Of a DNA stretch of 64,000 nt, positions 23,039 to 34,649 are shown piece by piece. Both the position numbers and the translations under genes were made by a program. The first letter of the stretch is position 1, and each line of letters begins with the position of its first letter. This stretch comes from Macrostomum lignano (taxonomy: Eukaryota), in NCBI GenBank assembly GCA_002269645.1, contig NIVC01000620.1:186001-250000 (forward strand). The letters run 5' to 3'. The notes beneath the pieces are model-generated. The model did not search any database. It was not told the DNA's origin and worked only from the letters and a program-made list of their open reading frames with translations.

Positions 23039-23580
23039 TTTCTAAATACTCTTGGCTTTCGATATTCTTTATGCAATTTCAAAGCATCTTCATAGCTAAG
23101 ACCATTGCCGTATATGGTTAGACAGTCTATACAATTGTTGGGGGTGTGAGTATGAATGCCTAATCCAAACCGAACTTTAGCTTTAATAACACGCTTTACT
23201 AGATTTCTAATCAGTCTCTCTTTCACAGACAAGTCTCTGGTTGGAATAGCATCTAAATCAGCAATCATTTTTTCATCAGCAATATGCTTCTTTGCTAGGG
23301 CTTCCTCTGGAGTTGAAGACGTCTTTTCAGCATCTCTATAGCTTTTGTCATAATAGTAAGCAGTCCAATCGATTGGGTTAATTGGTAGACTATCATACCG
23401 AGGCCTGTCTGTAATTGGATTGAGTCTTTTGTCTAAATTTGTACCTGGGCCAGTACAAGAATACCCTGGAATATGAAATTCGCCAGGATATTTTCCAGTG
23501 GAGAAGATGGGTGGTAGTTTTGTTATAGCTGACTGAATATCTAAAGCATTTCCTAGAAATAATGGTTTACTGAAGGCCAT
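23035..23580 (-). CDS. Parvovirus-VP1-like phospholipase A2 domain, probably the N-terminus of a PLA2-integrase fusion
   Basis: HIPGYSCTGPGTNLDKRL...PINPIDWTAYYYDKSY (the catalytic HD reads YD). The ORF end LHKEYRKPRVFRK matches the usual N-terminal lead-in of Polinton integrases. Confidence 0.85.
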   Translation of the reverse strand: MAFSKPLFLGNALDIQSAITKLPPIFSTGKYPGEFHIPGYSCTGPGTNLDKRLNPITDRPRYDSLPINPIDWTAYYYDKSYRDAEKTSSTPEEALAKKHIADEKMIADLDAIPTRDLSVKERLIRNLVKRVIKAKVRFGLGIHTHTPNNCIDCLTIYGNGLSYEDALKLHKEYRKPRVFRK

Positions 23581-24084
23581 TTTATATATATATAATTTAC
23601 TATCGTTAAACTGGATGACACTTTCATATTCTATATACCTGAAATTGCATTGAATTGACCCGTGAATCCAACTTTTCTCATGGTTTTAGAGCTGGAATCG
23701 TGAAAATTGCACTTTTTCAAAATTTTTGAAAATCACAAAAAATCGCTGTTTTCAGACCATTTTCACCTGTTTTTAGTCATTTTTTACTTATTTTTACTGA
23801 TTTTCAAAATGAGTGAGGGCATGAGGGCGAGGGCACCCCCCTTTTTTAAAAGTATAAAAATTCCGGAAAATCTGTGTTCTGTGAAATATTCCACAGGCCA
23901 ATGCCCCCACATGCCCTCACCCTCAACACCCTCACTCACAGATATATGTATATTTAAATATCACACACTTGCAACTCTGACCTCCTGGTAGTAGTAGTAT
24001 GTTATAAGGGGCTGAGTCATCCAGCGAGCTGGCGCGCAATGCGCCCGAGCAATAAGTGTGGCGCAGCCCCTTATGACATACTAC
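23457..24084 (-). repeat. Polinton right TIR (~628 bp)
   Basis: Inverted copy of 1959-2591. It ends catactac and runs into (gagactac)-type octamers instead of tact. Confidence 0.97.
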
Positions 24085-24156
24085 GAGACTACGAGACTAC
24101 GAGGCTACGAGACTAGCGCTGTCTGGGATTTTGATGAGGATTACCGCAAGCTCATG

Positions 24157-24198
24157 CCTGATTCCACAGGGAGCCAGTGTACTCCCTGTGGAATCAGG
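24157..24198. other. Perfect 17-bp inverted repeat with an 8-nt spacer
   Basis: cctgattccacagggag-ccagtgta-ctccctgtggaatcagg. Confidence 0.9.
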
Positions 24199-24329
24199 GA
24201 GAGACAAGAAGAGACAAAAATAAATTAAATTATTAGGCAATCACACAGAACAAACAAACACAGAGCAAACAATATTGGCGGGGAGAGAGCCGCAAACCCA
24301 CACCAAGCCTAGAAAACTTTGAGCTGTAA

Positions 24330-25195
24330 ACTCGCTCCTCCGCCTGCAAGCTGAGTATTCAGACTTGGTCTATGATGCTTAATGTGCAAGGCTTCCAGCT
24401 CTGAGTTTGCCATTAAATCTACATCTATCCAGAACAGTGAAAAGCTCATGCTCACAACAAGCATTACAACTAAGCAATTGGTCATGCACTGCAGAGTTAT
24501 TCATTCCATGCTCCCTAGCCGTAGTGTACAGTTGCCTTTTGTTTTTTTTATGTAGGAAATGCTCTGATCACCAGAGCAACAAAATTGATGGATGACACCA
24601 GCCGACAGGGCTCTAGGGGCCTTCGACTTCAACCTGCTAACAAACTGGCCGATTTTGGCGGTCTGAAACACAACCATGATCCGAGAGTTAAAATACTTCA
24701 AGAAAGTTCTTTTAAGCCTCTTTTTCCAGACAGGACAGGACACCAAGGAAGGAGAGTTTGATCAGCACATCACTGGAATTCGACCTCTTAGCTTCGTCAG
24801 TCAAACCAGACTCAGTCATTTTCTTAGTCAGAAATCTGTTCAGCACTTTACCAACAAATCCCTAGGGAAACCATTACGTTGAAAAATGTCAGTGAGCTTG
24901 ACCACTTCTTGGTGGAAAGATTGCCAGGTACTACAGATATTGAACGCTCTGTGCATCATGAAACGGACAAGACCAGCCTTCCATTGACTGAGCTGCTCGG
25001 TATACAGGTTTATAACCTCGAAGATTTGGGAGCACCATCGATTGAAGATTCAGATACTGGCTGTGCAGTGAGAAATTCATTGCTGCACTACGAGTACAGT
25101 TGGCTTAAGCCAAAGTTCTGCATCAACTTAAGAAGCGAGCAGTGTCCGTGGCACAGGGGCAGTAAAGTTGGCAGAGGATTTGGTGAATAAATAAA
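24330..25195 (-). mobile_element. Penelope-like element 3' fragment (RT thumb + GIY-YIG), decayed
   Basis: WKAGLVRFMMHRAFNICSTWQSFHQEVVKLTDIFQRNGFP (PLE RT C-terminus); VIHQFCC...YIKKT...LRL and EALHIK (GIY-YIG). Confidence 0.8.
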
Positions 25196-25563
25196 GGATC
25201 GAAATGAGTCCACCTGCAGCTACAGCCCTAACAGTGACCAATCTGGTTGGCGGAGTGGATCTGAGCCTGGGTGGAGACGGGTGCCCAGCTGCCTCTACGG
25301 GAACTGGCTCTCAGCATGGCTCATGTGATCTACCGGCCCGTCTGGCCCCGGGTGCTCATCAAGCGGATGCGAAGTCCCAGAGTGACTCTGCTACTCTACC
25401 CTACTGGGCAACTGAGCATCTGCGGTGCCAAGACCCACGCTGACACCAAAAGGGCTGCCCGTCGCTCCGTGGCTATGCTGCATCGGAGAGTGCCGGCTCA
25501 ACTGCTGCCTCATTAAACTATTTGTGTTCGAATTAAAACTAATACTGCTCATGGACGGTTTAA

Positions 25564-27939
25564 CCGCAAGACTGCGGATGGCCTGCTCTGCAGGTCATGG
25601 TCTCATATCTATGGTCTGCGGCTCAATTTGCTGCTGATATGTGAAAACATTTCTAATGAGTCTTAGTTTGCGGCTGTGGCCTGCAGAGCAGGCCATGAAA
25701 AAGTCGGTTGTTTTAAGTAACTTTTTTGTTCCTTTTAACATCTGATTTTTTCTATACTATGGCGCAACAGGGATACTAAACGAGTTATGAAATGTGAATA
25801 TATTTTCTCAACAGTCATTGGAACAGTGAACAAAAGTTCAAAGGCATGGTGAAAAATTTACGAAAACAAGTAATACGAACAAGTTTAAAATAATATGCGA
25901 GTAATTCAACAACGACCAACAAACATCGATAACACCAAGTACGAGTAGCAGTCATAGGCATAACAGCAGGTGAGTCACAATTTAACAAATAGTTATAATT
26001 AATTTTGATTGGCATGCCAATCTCCGAAGCAGGGCACAGCGCAAAGACCTGGATTTCCCTGACAGTGATCGCAGCAATAGACATTTTTCTTGACTCGGCC
26101 ACTCTTGTAACACTGTCTGCAACGCTTGGCTGGCCGAGCCTGGGCACCTGTTGGCCGGAGGCGCTTCAGGAGATGCTGCTGCCTATTGGGTCCTGTGCCA
26201 GGCTGTGCTTGAATTTGCCGGCTCCGTGCAGGTCCAGTAGTCTGGATGAAGCCCTTGATGGTTAATTCCAAGAACTTAAGGAAGTCGGGACTGGTACACA
26301 ACCCAACCGTTTCTGACAAGGACCAAGAAAAAGTGGGCCCCTAGCTTGGCAAACCACTTTTGTGTCCTTCTGTTTGGGCTATACGGCTGTAGGCCCGAGT
26401 CCAGCTTATCAACACCGCCCATAAAGCTATTGTACGATGTTGCTGTTAGAGGCTTGAGTTCGACAACTTCCTGATTTCCTTGAATGGTGCGGTGAACATG
26501 TTGAATGGCGGCGGCATTTTTGGTGTCAATAAAATACACCGTCTTTGTACCAGATGCCTTTCTGACGACGTACTTCACAGCAAGTACACTGCCGCTTCGC
26601 ATGAAGGCACAGCCTGGAGCGGGCACGGCCAGATCTCTCAATTCAACGGGGACACCGCGGTTTGCACGCACTGTGCAGGTCAGCAGTGTGCCGTGATGCA
26701 GCAGGTAGTCTGCTAGGCGATGCGATCCGAACCAGCTGTCGCAAACGACATGGTAGCCAAGGTCCAGTACATATCGGCATGTCTCAACCAGCACCTTCTC
26801 GCTCATCGAAAGTCCTTCACATCCCAGATCTTGACCAAACTTATCATTCTCGGCTCTGCTCGAATGCACAAGAAAGTTGCAAACATAACCTGTTTTTGCC
26901 TCGCACAAGCAATAAATTTTAATGCCATACCGCGCTTTCTTTGCTGGAATATATTGGCGGAACAGTACTCTTCCTCTGAACAGCACCAGTTCTTCGTCTA
27001 CGCTTAGCTCCTTCTCTGGCATGTACACGTTCCGGCAGATCCGCGACACACAGTTGATGAAGGGCCTGGCCTTAGCCAGAGGATCAGCGGCGTCAAAGTT
27101 GGAGCAGTCATAGAAGCGTAGTAGACTGCTGATCTGCTGAAACCTGTCTCTTGGCAGACATGCTTGCTGCTGGAAGAATGGCGTAGAATAGAAGTCGCTT
27201 TTAGACCAATAGTGGGTCACTTCCGGTTTTTTTACTACTCCCATATAAAGGGACATTGCGACGAACTTTGAAATCTCATTTACAGTGACATCCTTCCAGC
27301 TGGAAAATCGCGATGGTAGCTGTTCATCCTGAAGATCTTCGAACTCGCGCCACGTTCGAGCATTCGTCCAGTCGCACAGCTTCTGTAGCAATTCGGGTGT
27401 CAGAAACATTCGGCTGAAAGCTTCTGGATCTTCGTCAGCGTTCTCGGGTTGCGGCAAATCCGGATTGACACCTGGCATGCCAAGGAACTCCGGGTCCTGA
27501 TTCGGCTTCTGATCTTGGCCAGGGTGGCATGCATGCCAAACATTGGTTGCACCATGGGCAGCGGCCAAGCCTTCATCTACCTCTTGCATTTCCATGCCTC
27601 CTTGTTCGGTTTCGTCCTCATCATCAGTGAAAAAACTGTCGTCTCCTTCTTCAAACTCGGGATCAGTATCAGTATCAAAATGCTCCGCTTGAGCCATAAT
27701 GACGATAAATAGTGTTAAAAAATTGAAAAGGACGTTAATAGAAACTGCTCTAGCTTAAAAAAATGAGCCACAAGCTGTACAAATACAATCCAAAAGTTTC
27801 AAAGACTAAATACTCAGTAGGAGCTGCTACCGCAAACTAAAGACATGTCAGCCAAAGATTAAAAAATGTTCATGGCCTGCAGGGCAGGCCAAGCCGCAAA
27901 CTGTGTCTATGGCATAAACTCATCAACGCAGTCTAGGGG
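25564..27939 (-). mobile_element. piggyBac transposon (2376 bp)
   Basis: TTAA TSD at 25560-25563 and 27940-27943. Imperfect TIRs ccgcaagactgcg / cccctagactgcg, plus subterminal GGCCTGC...GCAGGCC palindromes. Confidence 0.92.
25999..27697 (-). pseudogene. piggyBac transposase with a frameshift before the Cys-rich domain
   Basis: SVDEE, VCDSWF and MGGVDKLD (DDD triad) in 26276-27697; CRQC...YCCDHC...LCAVPCF..WH in 25999-26319. Confidence 0.93.
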
Positions 27940-29519
27940 TTAAGCTCCAAAATGCGCGACCGCTTACCGAACTTGTTAAAGTATTGCCCAAAGCCCAGTA
28001 TGAGCCATAAACATTTTCAGCTTTAGTTTGTCAACTTAAGTATTGTAAATGCTTGCTTCTCCATAATGCCTGTTATATTCTTAGTGGGGCGAAATCTCTG
28101 CGTATGCTAAAATCCGACAGTTCTTCCCTGTTTCGCTCTGTTAACACACTTATGCAACTAAAATAAAGCACAAGAATTATCCGCCTTTAATCGGACTCTG
28201 AAAACTCGCTTGAGTCCTGCTCTGCCACTTTGCCTGTTATTTGGTTCCCTTAGCTGCAAGTTGTGTGGTCAAATACATCTCTAATGCTCTAATGCTTAAA
28301 CTTTTAAGCTATTTTATTCATGCGAGAAACCAATATTGAAATTGATTAAATAGAAACGAAATTCCAACTTATCCAGTCGCAATGAAGTAAAAAATCGAAG
28401 GCATTGCGAAATTCTAGCAGTATATTTTTACTGCAAATTTCTGCATCAAAGTACAGGGAACTGAATTCGTTAACTAAAGAATTGCACACTAAGCACACTC
28501 CGAAACGTCAACTGATGTTGAACCAACGCATGTTGATCCCACAATTTCTTAGACTTACAATGCTAACAGAGTAAGCTTTTGAATGTCAAAATATTTGTTT
28601 TTAAAAAATGAAAAATTGAAAAGCTCACAATGGAGCTAATGTAACAGTGTTTATACCAAAATAAATGGCATATCCAGCACTAGAAATTGGTGGTAGGACA
28701 AGTTGTAGCCGGCTGCTAAGATTGCTTACAGGAACCGACTCTGGGGCAGCAATCGGGTTTGTAGCGTACTTTAATACTTTCTCGGAATTTCGTCAGATTT
28801 CTAAAAGTCAATACATTATTATTTTTCTAGAAACTTCTTCGAGTTAGCAGCTTATTTAAGGTACGCATTATAAATAGTAAATAATTAATTACGACCTAAC
28901 TTTTTATATTCTACTTGTATTTGCGCAACGTATATAATTAAGTGTTTAATCGCTTTGTTAAGATGTGTTCAATCTTCCTAGAAATTTCCGGAAAGCTTTA
29001 TAAGTCTACAAATATACGGCGACGGCAGTGACATCAATCACGCCGCCTTATTTTTCTCTCTTCGAATCCCCGATCTAATTTGCGTCTATAAACAACCAAA
29101 AGAACCACCGCTTTGCTGTCATTCAATAACCAACAAAGCCGTCAACAGGTTCATTGTCCCAAAACTGGGGGCAGCATCGGCTTGTCCTTGGATCAGAAAT
29201 TCCAGGAGGGACTCAGCCATCTCGTTTTCAGGTTGCTGTTTCTGCTGCTGCTCGCTGATGCTCTTTGCTTTGCTACCTCCTCTCACAGTGCAGCAGAGTT
29301 GCATAAGCGTTTCGCCACCCAGCCAATCACACCTACCCCACGCCCCTTATTTCCATTGGCTATCTCAGCTGGCTCTTTTACGCCCTCCTATTCTTTTACA
29401 TTACCGCCTATCTCCGCCGTGCAGGTGCGGCAGAGTTGCATATACTCATACTACCCCCTTTACGATTGGCGATCTTAGTCTGGCTGTACATTTATATGCT
29501 CTTTGTAAAACATTTCGGT

Positions 29520-30060
29520 TGTAAAAATGTTTGTGGGAACTAAAAATTTTATTCAGTGCTGCTACACCAAAAGTGTTCGCAGACTTAATGAGTTGTTTTT
29601 GTTTTCACCCTCCTGAAAACCGGGTTCTGTTGTCTGTACCCAGCCCTAAAATTCCCCAAACTTTCTCAGACATCTTGTATCAATAATATTCCACAGGGGG
29701 TGCTGCTTAGTGCTTGCCTTCCACCTAACCGACAAACCCCACGCTAGGCGCGCTGGGCCTCTCCAAGTTTTCCAGTTCAACCAACCCCACACTCTGACTT
29801 GCACTCCTACCCCCAATTGCCCCGTACGCTCGCTCTCCTATCTCCACACTGTTCGGCAGGGTTGCTGCTCTCACTTTTCTGCTCTGTATCGGCTGGTTCA
29901 CTTTCGAGCTGCTTCGATGAGTCAGTCTCAGAGTAGTGGACCTCCGACTCGGAGTAGTTATGCGCCGCCGGCTTTAAGTCTTCCAACTCACTCCAGTCTC
30001 CAGCCTCTGCTTCATCAGTTTCACTCCAATCCTCTAATTCTGATTCACTCCAGTCTCTAG
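29520..30060. repeat. Dispersed repeat, diverged relative of ~34650-35300
   Basis: Shared blocks gggaact.aa.attt..ttcagtgctgc and ctcctatctcc(a/g)cactgttcggcaggg. Boundaries approximate. Confidence 0.6.
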
Positions 30061-30419
30061 AGCTGCCCCTACTATTGGAACCGCTATAGCTAGATTGAAG
30101 CTGCAATGTTTGAGTATTTTTAACAGCAATAGAAGTTTATATTTGGAAAAAATGTTGCTAACATAATTTGAAGTTTTTTTTACATAAAACAATCAGAGGA
30201 ATTTTTATCCAAAGATAAAAATGATTCCAGTCTTTCATTTCACTTTCTAATTCAACAGTTCTCATTCAATATAACAAAAGTGATTTTGTCTTTTATATAG
30301 CTGGATGAACCATAAGCATCAAATGACACAATAAGCTGTTAAAAGCAATTTGAGGAAGTTATTAGGGGAAATGGTGAAATCAGGAAGCCAGCTGAACAAT
30401 TACAAAGGGACAAATTTAA

Positions 30420-30860
30420 TTGAATTTCCTTCAAAATACTTGTTGGCCTCTGTGAGGTGATGGGGCACCCATACCGATGTGACACAACGCAGCTCCAGGT
30501 CTTCTCTCAAAATTCGATGCACCGTTGACTTGTCAACCTCCAGCCAGTCAGCAAGGGTCCGTACTGACACTTTTGGATCGTCTTCAATCAGAACACGCAC
30601 ATCGCTGATCAGCTCTGGTGTTCGAGTTGATCGAGGTCTCCCGGCACCGCTGGCACTCGGGCAGTCGCCTGCTCCTTTAGTGGGGCTGGTCTTGGCATCA
30701 GCGGTGGCTGCCTTGAAATAATTAAATACAGTTGCACGGCATGGAGCTCCACTGCCATACGCGGAAGACAACTCTTCAAAGCACTGTTGAGCACTGATTC
30801 CAAGCTGCTGCTGCGTCCATGCGTAAAATTTAAAGTTTTATTTGCTTGGCTCCAATCGTT
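30420..30860 (-). pseudogene. mariner-type transposase, N-terminal fragment (two HTH + WVPHxL linker)
   Basis: YG..APCRATVF...GRPRS...DDPKVSVRTLA...VHRILREDL...VWVPHHLTE. Truncated before the DD34D domain. Confidence 0.88.
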
Positions 30861-32777
30861 TTTGCACTGGCGTTGCAGTAGGCAAAACTGAGCTATAAAA
30901 ATCTATAGTGATGCGCAAGAGAGGGTGCAGTGATACTTAAATCTCTTGTGCGTCTTCGGTACTGTCTATGGTAGCATGTGGTGCGCTGACAGCTGTAGCT
31001 ATTGTTCACTCTTCAAATAGCAGCAGTAATCTAAATAAATTTGGGACACCTGAAGTACAGCGCATATCCACCATCAGAAATTGGTGGCAAAATGAGTTGC
31101 AGTCCTCCTTGCCAGCTACTCAAAACATTCGCGGCTACATTGTTTGGCTGCTGCTGCTGGGTTGAGCCAGGCAGTTCCATCTCAGCGGGCAGCTTAGTGA
31201 AGCCGGTCTGCTGCATCTTGGCGGGCAGCTGGGCGAAGTCGGTCTGCTGGATGCAGGTGCCGGTGGTGACTTCTTCGCCAATGATGACGAAATCCTCTTC
31301 ATCCTTACCATCGAGGTCTACGTCTTTCTCCTCCGAGATGTCGCTGATATGCGGGTCATTAATTCGGAGAGTCTTGTCCTTGATCTAAGGACGACGACGA
31401 TGAGAGCCAGTTGGCTGCTCAAATACATCCTGCTGCCGACTTGGTTGTACAACCAAGTCGTCATCGCTGTTGCTGCAGGCCTCTCTCACCTCCTCGATAA
31501 CTTGGCTTAAAGCCTGCCGAGTTGCCTCCCCATCGGCCGCCAGCTGCTGTGCCTTCTGCATTACCATGCGCCTCAGATTGCACATGCCTCCATCTCCACT
31601 GGGCAGTTGCTGGTGTTGTGAGCCCCGTCCTCCGGAGCAACGCCTACAGCTTTAACCTGTCGGGAAGCTGCGACCCCCAGGTCCCCAGTCAGAGCTCCCG
31701 TCCCGCGCCCTAGGGAGAAGCAGAAAAAGGACAGTAACTCGCGAACACGAACTTACACCCCGTAGCCGATGCAGTTCGCCGTGCACTTTTTATGGTAGAT
31801 CGACGAGTCGTTTTATTCAATAGCCAACGGAGGCGGACCAACGCGCGCAAGGGAGGAGTCTGCCCTCCAGACAGCGACTATATATTTTTCATTGGTCCTA
31901 CGCGTACATGAATATAAATTAAGAACAAATGTACGGTACAGCAGGGGAGGTGGGGCGGGGTGGCGTGATCGGCGTACGCATTCATTATTGATTGGAGGGG
32001 TAGGGCAGACTGGAAGGTTGGGGCGGGGCAGGAGGGCGAGAAAGGGCACGATTGCACAACACTGGTGTCCACTGTGCCCTCGCAGCGTTTCGAGTTTAAC
32101 TGTACGTTTTTTTATAACCCCGAGCTGCTGTGAGCTGGCCCACAGCAACTTTGTGGCAGTTAAGCCAAACCTCGAATTGAGCACAGTTGCTGCTTTTTGT
32201 TTTCATTGTAGCAGATTTAAATTCAGAAAAACACGAAATTCACTACTTTTCAGTCGTCTAGGGAACACAATTTGGGTTTTCAAAAACTACCAAATTGGGG
32301 GTTTATATAGCTGCAAAAGTTTATTAATAATAATACGAGCTATTTACTATCTTTGTTATATTTATTTAACATTTGCTATCAATGTCCATTTTATTTTTTC
32401 AGCATAGCCCCCCCTTTCAGAGTTCAACCAAAAAACAAACATTTCCACCCTATCCTCTACTACATTGCGAACTCCCACCCCTCCTTTCGATTAGCGGTCT
32501 GTTGTACATATTTTTGAAGTGCTGTCCCGGAAGGTTTCGCGAAGAAAACATTGGGCTACTGCCCGAGCCTATACTGGCCCATCATCCGGGTAGCATATTA
32601 GCTGGTTTTATGGCGTGGAAACCGCTGGAAAACCGGTACAACCCCCCGTCCAGGTGGTCAAGTCAGCCAACTCTTTATCTAGAGCAGCGTCATGAACATG
32701 GGACCAGCCGGGACTGCCGGGCGGATGCCTGAAACTGGTCCGGACGTTACCGAACGCCGGAGCCACCAACACGCTAA

Positions 32778-33701
32778 CTACTCTCTCCGATTACGACCTT
32801 CAACCTGCGCAAAATTAATCCCAGTCCTCTTTCTGAAAACCTCCGCGCACCAGACCGAGCCTTCTAGAACTCTGACCGAGGCCAGCCTCCTAGACTCGAG
32901 CGGTACGCCCATCTTCTTAAGCCACTCATCAGTCTTCTTTTCACAACATCCCCTCCAGTTCCAAACCAAACCAATCACGCTCTGGGCACCTGGGCCCGCC
33001 ACCTTCGCGACCTCAGTCGCAAGACCCTCGTCTGAATAATATTTGCTTTTATTGTCCCTAGCGAGGGCCATAGGCCCCGCTCCTCTGTCCGCACAGATCG
33101 TAACGTCAGCAATCCAAACCTTCTCCTTATAAAATATTATTAAATCAGGTCGTCTATGCCCCCTAGGAGTCGCAAAAGACTTTTCCTTCAAAACACTGAA
33201 CCCAAGACGCTCTAACTGGCTCGCAATGAACTCTACCATCCTATCGTGCCTCGCCCCTCTCTTATCCCAAGTCCTGTTGCACTGCTGCAGAATATGCCCC
33301 AATCCCTCAATTTGCCTGCACCCTGCATCACACAGAGGCGCTTGCCTCCTACCTCTGGACGCACAAGCTGCAGTCGGCCAAACATTCCATCTAATTTTCA
33401 GACATTTGATGTACATCTCATCTGTGAGCAGGGACGAACCGTCAGTCACCCAAGAGTGGACTTGTGGGACGTCCGCTGCTTCACCCAAGCCAAAGCCGTC
33501 AAGGTTAACTAACAACTTATTTTTCCAGAACACCCTATAATCAGCTCTATCGTTAAAACTGGTCTGCGCACCTTTGAGTTGGAATCGCTTACGAATGGCA
33601 GGTAGTTGGGCTAAGTCACGGACCAATGCGTCCGGAACCTCTTCGAGGCTCACCAACTTCTGCCATTTGTACATAGGAACGAGCGTAAGTAAATAAGACA
33701 A
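32778..33701 (-). mobile_element. 5'-truncated R2-like non-LTR retrotransposon (CCHC knuckle + restriction-like endonuclease)
   Basis: CDAGCRQIEGLGHILQQC...RHD...RRPDLII...IADVTI...KSKYY. No RT domain remains. Confidence 0.88.
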
Positions 33702-34649
33702 GACAAGTCAGTTAACGTTTATTAATGTGAATAACGGTCACAGGCCGATCCTAAATTATCATTTAAAGCTCAACTGATGTCGCAGTAACAAGCCCTAAGC
33801 CTTATTAGGTGTCAATTTAATGTTGCCCAAACAGCGTAGGTTGTAAGCCACGAGACCGAATCCAGACGGTGTTGAAGGTCTAGCGTGCTGTCGACACAGT
33901 AGCCTGCGGCAGTCTTAATGAGCAATGGCAGCTGCAACGAATGTTTGCTTGTAGGTTATCCCTAGGAAAAACGTCTAGCGAATCTGCCTAAGCTAGTTCG
34001 TCTAGGAAAAGTGTCTGGGAATACTAGCTCTTGCTCGAAGTCAAGCAGGCGGTCTCCGAAGGATCGGACGATGGTCTCTTTTGGGCCCTCACCTACTCCG
34101 TATTTATACTAAAATCGGGGCTCAGGGCCAATAGGAGGCTCAGAGGCAGTTTCGTGGCAGATCCTGTGGCAGTTCCGTGGACTACCTGGAGCCAGGAACG
34201 ATCTCGGAGATCTCCATAAGACATCTTCCTCATCACGAGGCCTCCGCATGGCCTACTGGTACACTGCTTGCATGTTGCAGCATGCAAGGAGTGTACCCCC
34301 AAAATCCCACAGGAGCCTACCCAGGTCGGAGAGCTATGCTCTCGTTCCCGCTGACTAACAAAGACTCTACTAAAAGGAATGTCCCACTGACTAATGTTCT
34401 ATTTTAGCCCATTGCAGCCTGCGCCAGGGGGAGAGGGGGAGAGAGTCTCTCTCCCTGTCCCGCGACAGCTGCACACCCGAGCCTGCACAAGGGATGGGGA
34501 GGAAGGGAAGGGCGCGCTGAAAGCGCACAGACTCTATACCCAGCTCCCAGAGCTACAGCTCAAACACTAACTAACTATGACTAAGCGGGTATCCAAGGCG
34601 CAGCCTATGCTAACTATGCTGGATCACCACACTATATTGAACGTTTCTG

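Larger units (their letters stand above)
1959..24084 (-). mobile_element. Polinton/Maverick (adintovirus-like) endogenous virus, decayed, with nested insertions
   Basis: Long TIRs starting AGTAGTAGT enclose pPolB, rve integrase, A32-like ATPase, adenain-like protease, major and minor capsid genes. No TSD is visible. Confidence 0.95.
25204..28166 (+). pseudogene. Divergent TATA-binding-protein-like gene (two repeats) split by a piggyBac
   Basis: Repeat 1 (25204-25516): TNLVGGVDL...LPLRELAL...YRP...IKRMRSPRVTLLLYPTGQLSICGAK...AARR. Repeat 2 continues in frame across the TTAA: RFKLQN...PLTELV...QYEP*TFSALV...LLL...ILSGAK (27944-28166). Confidence 0.8.

Noticed and set aside
31031-31585. Coding-looking acidic/Gln-rich minus-strand segment
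   Set aside because: Broken by stops and no recognisable domain; could be a host exon or decayed gag, but unsupported.
32355-32375. TAGCAAATG on the minus strand as a remnant of the R2 28S target (TAGCCAAATG)
   Set aside because: Short, imperfect match with no further rDNA similarity.
33700-34416. LTR-like segment with a minus-strand TATA box and a nearby TGGCGC/purine tract
   Set aside because: Boundaries and TSD could not be defined.
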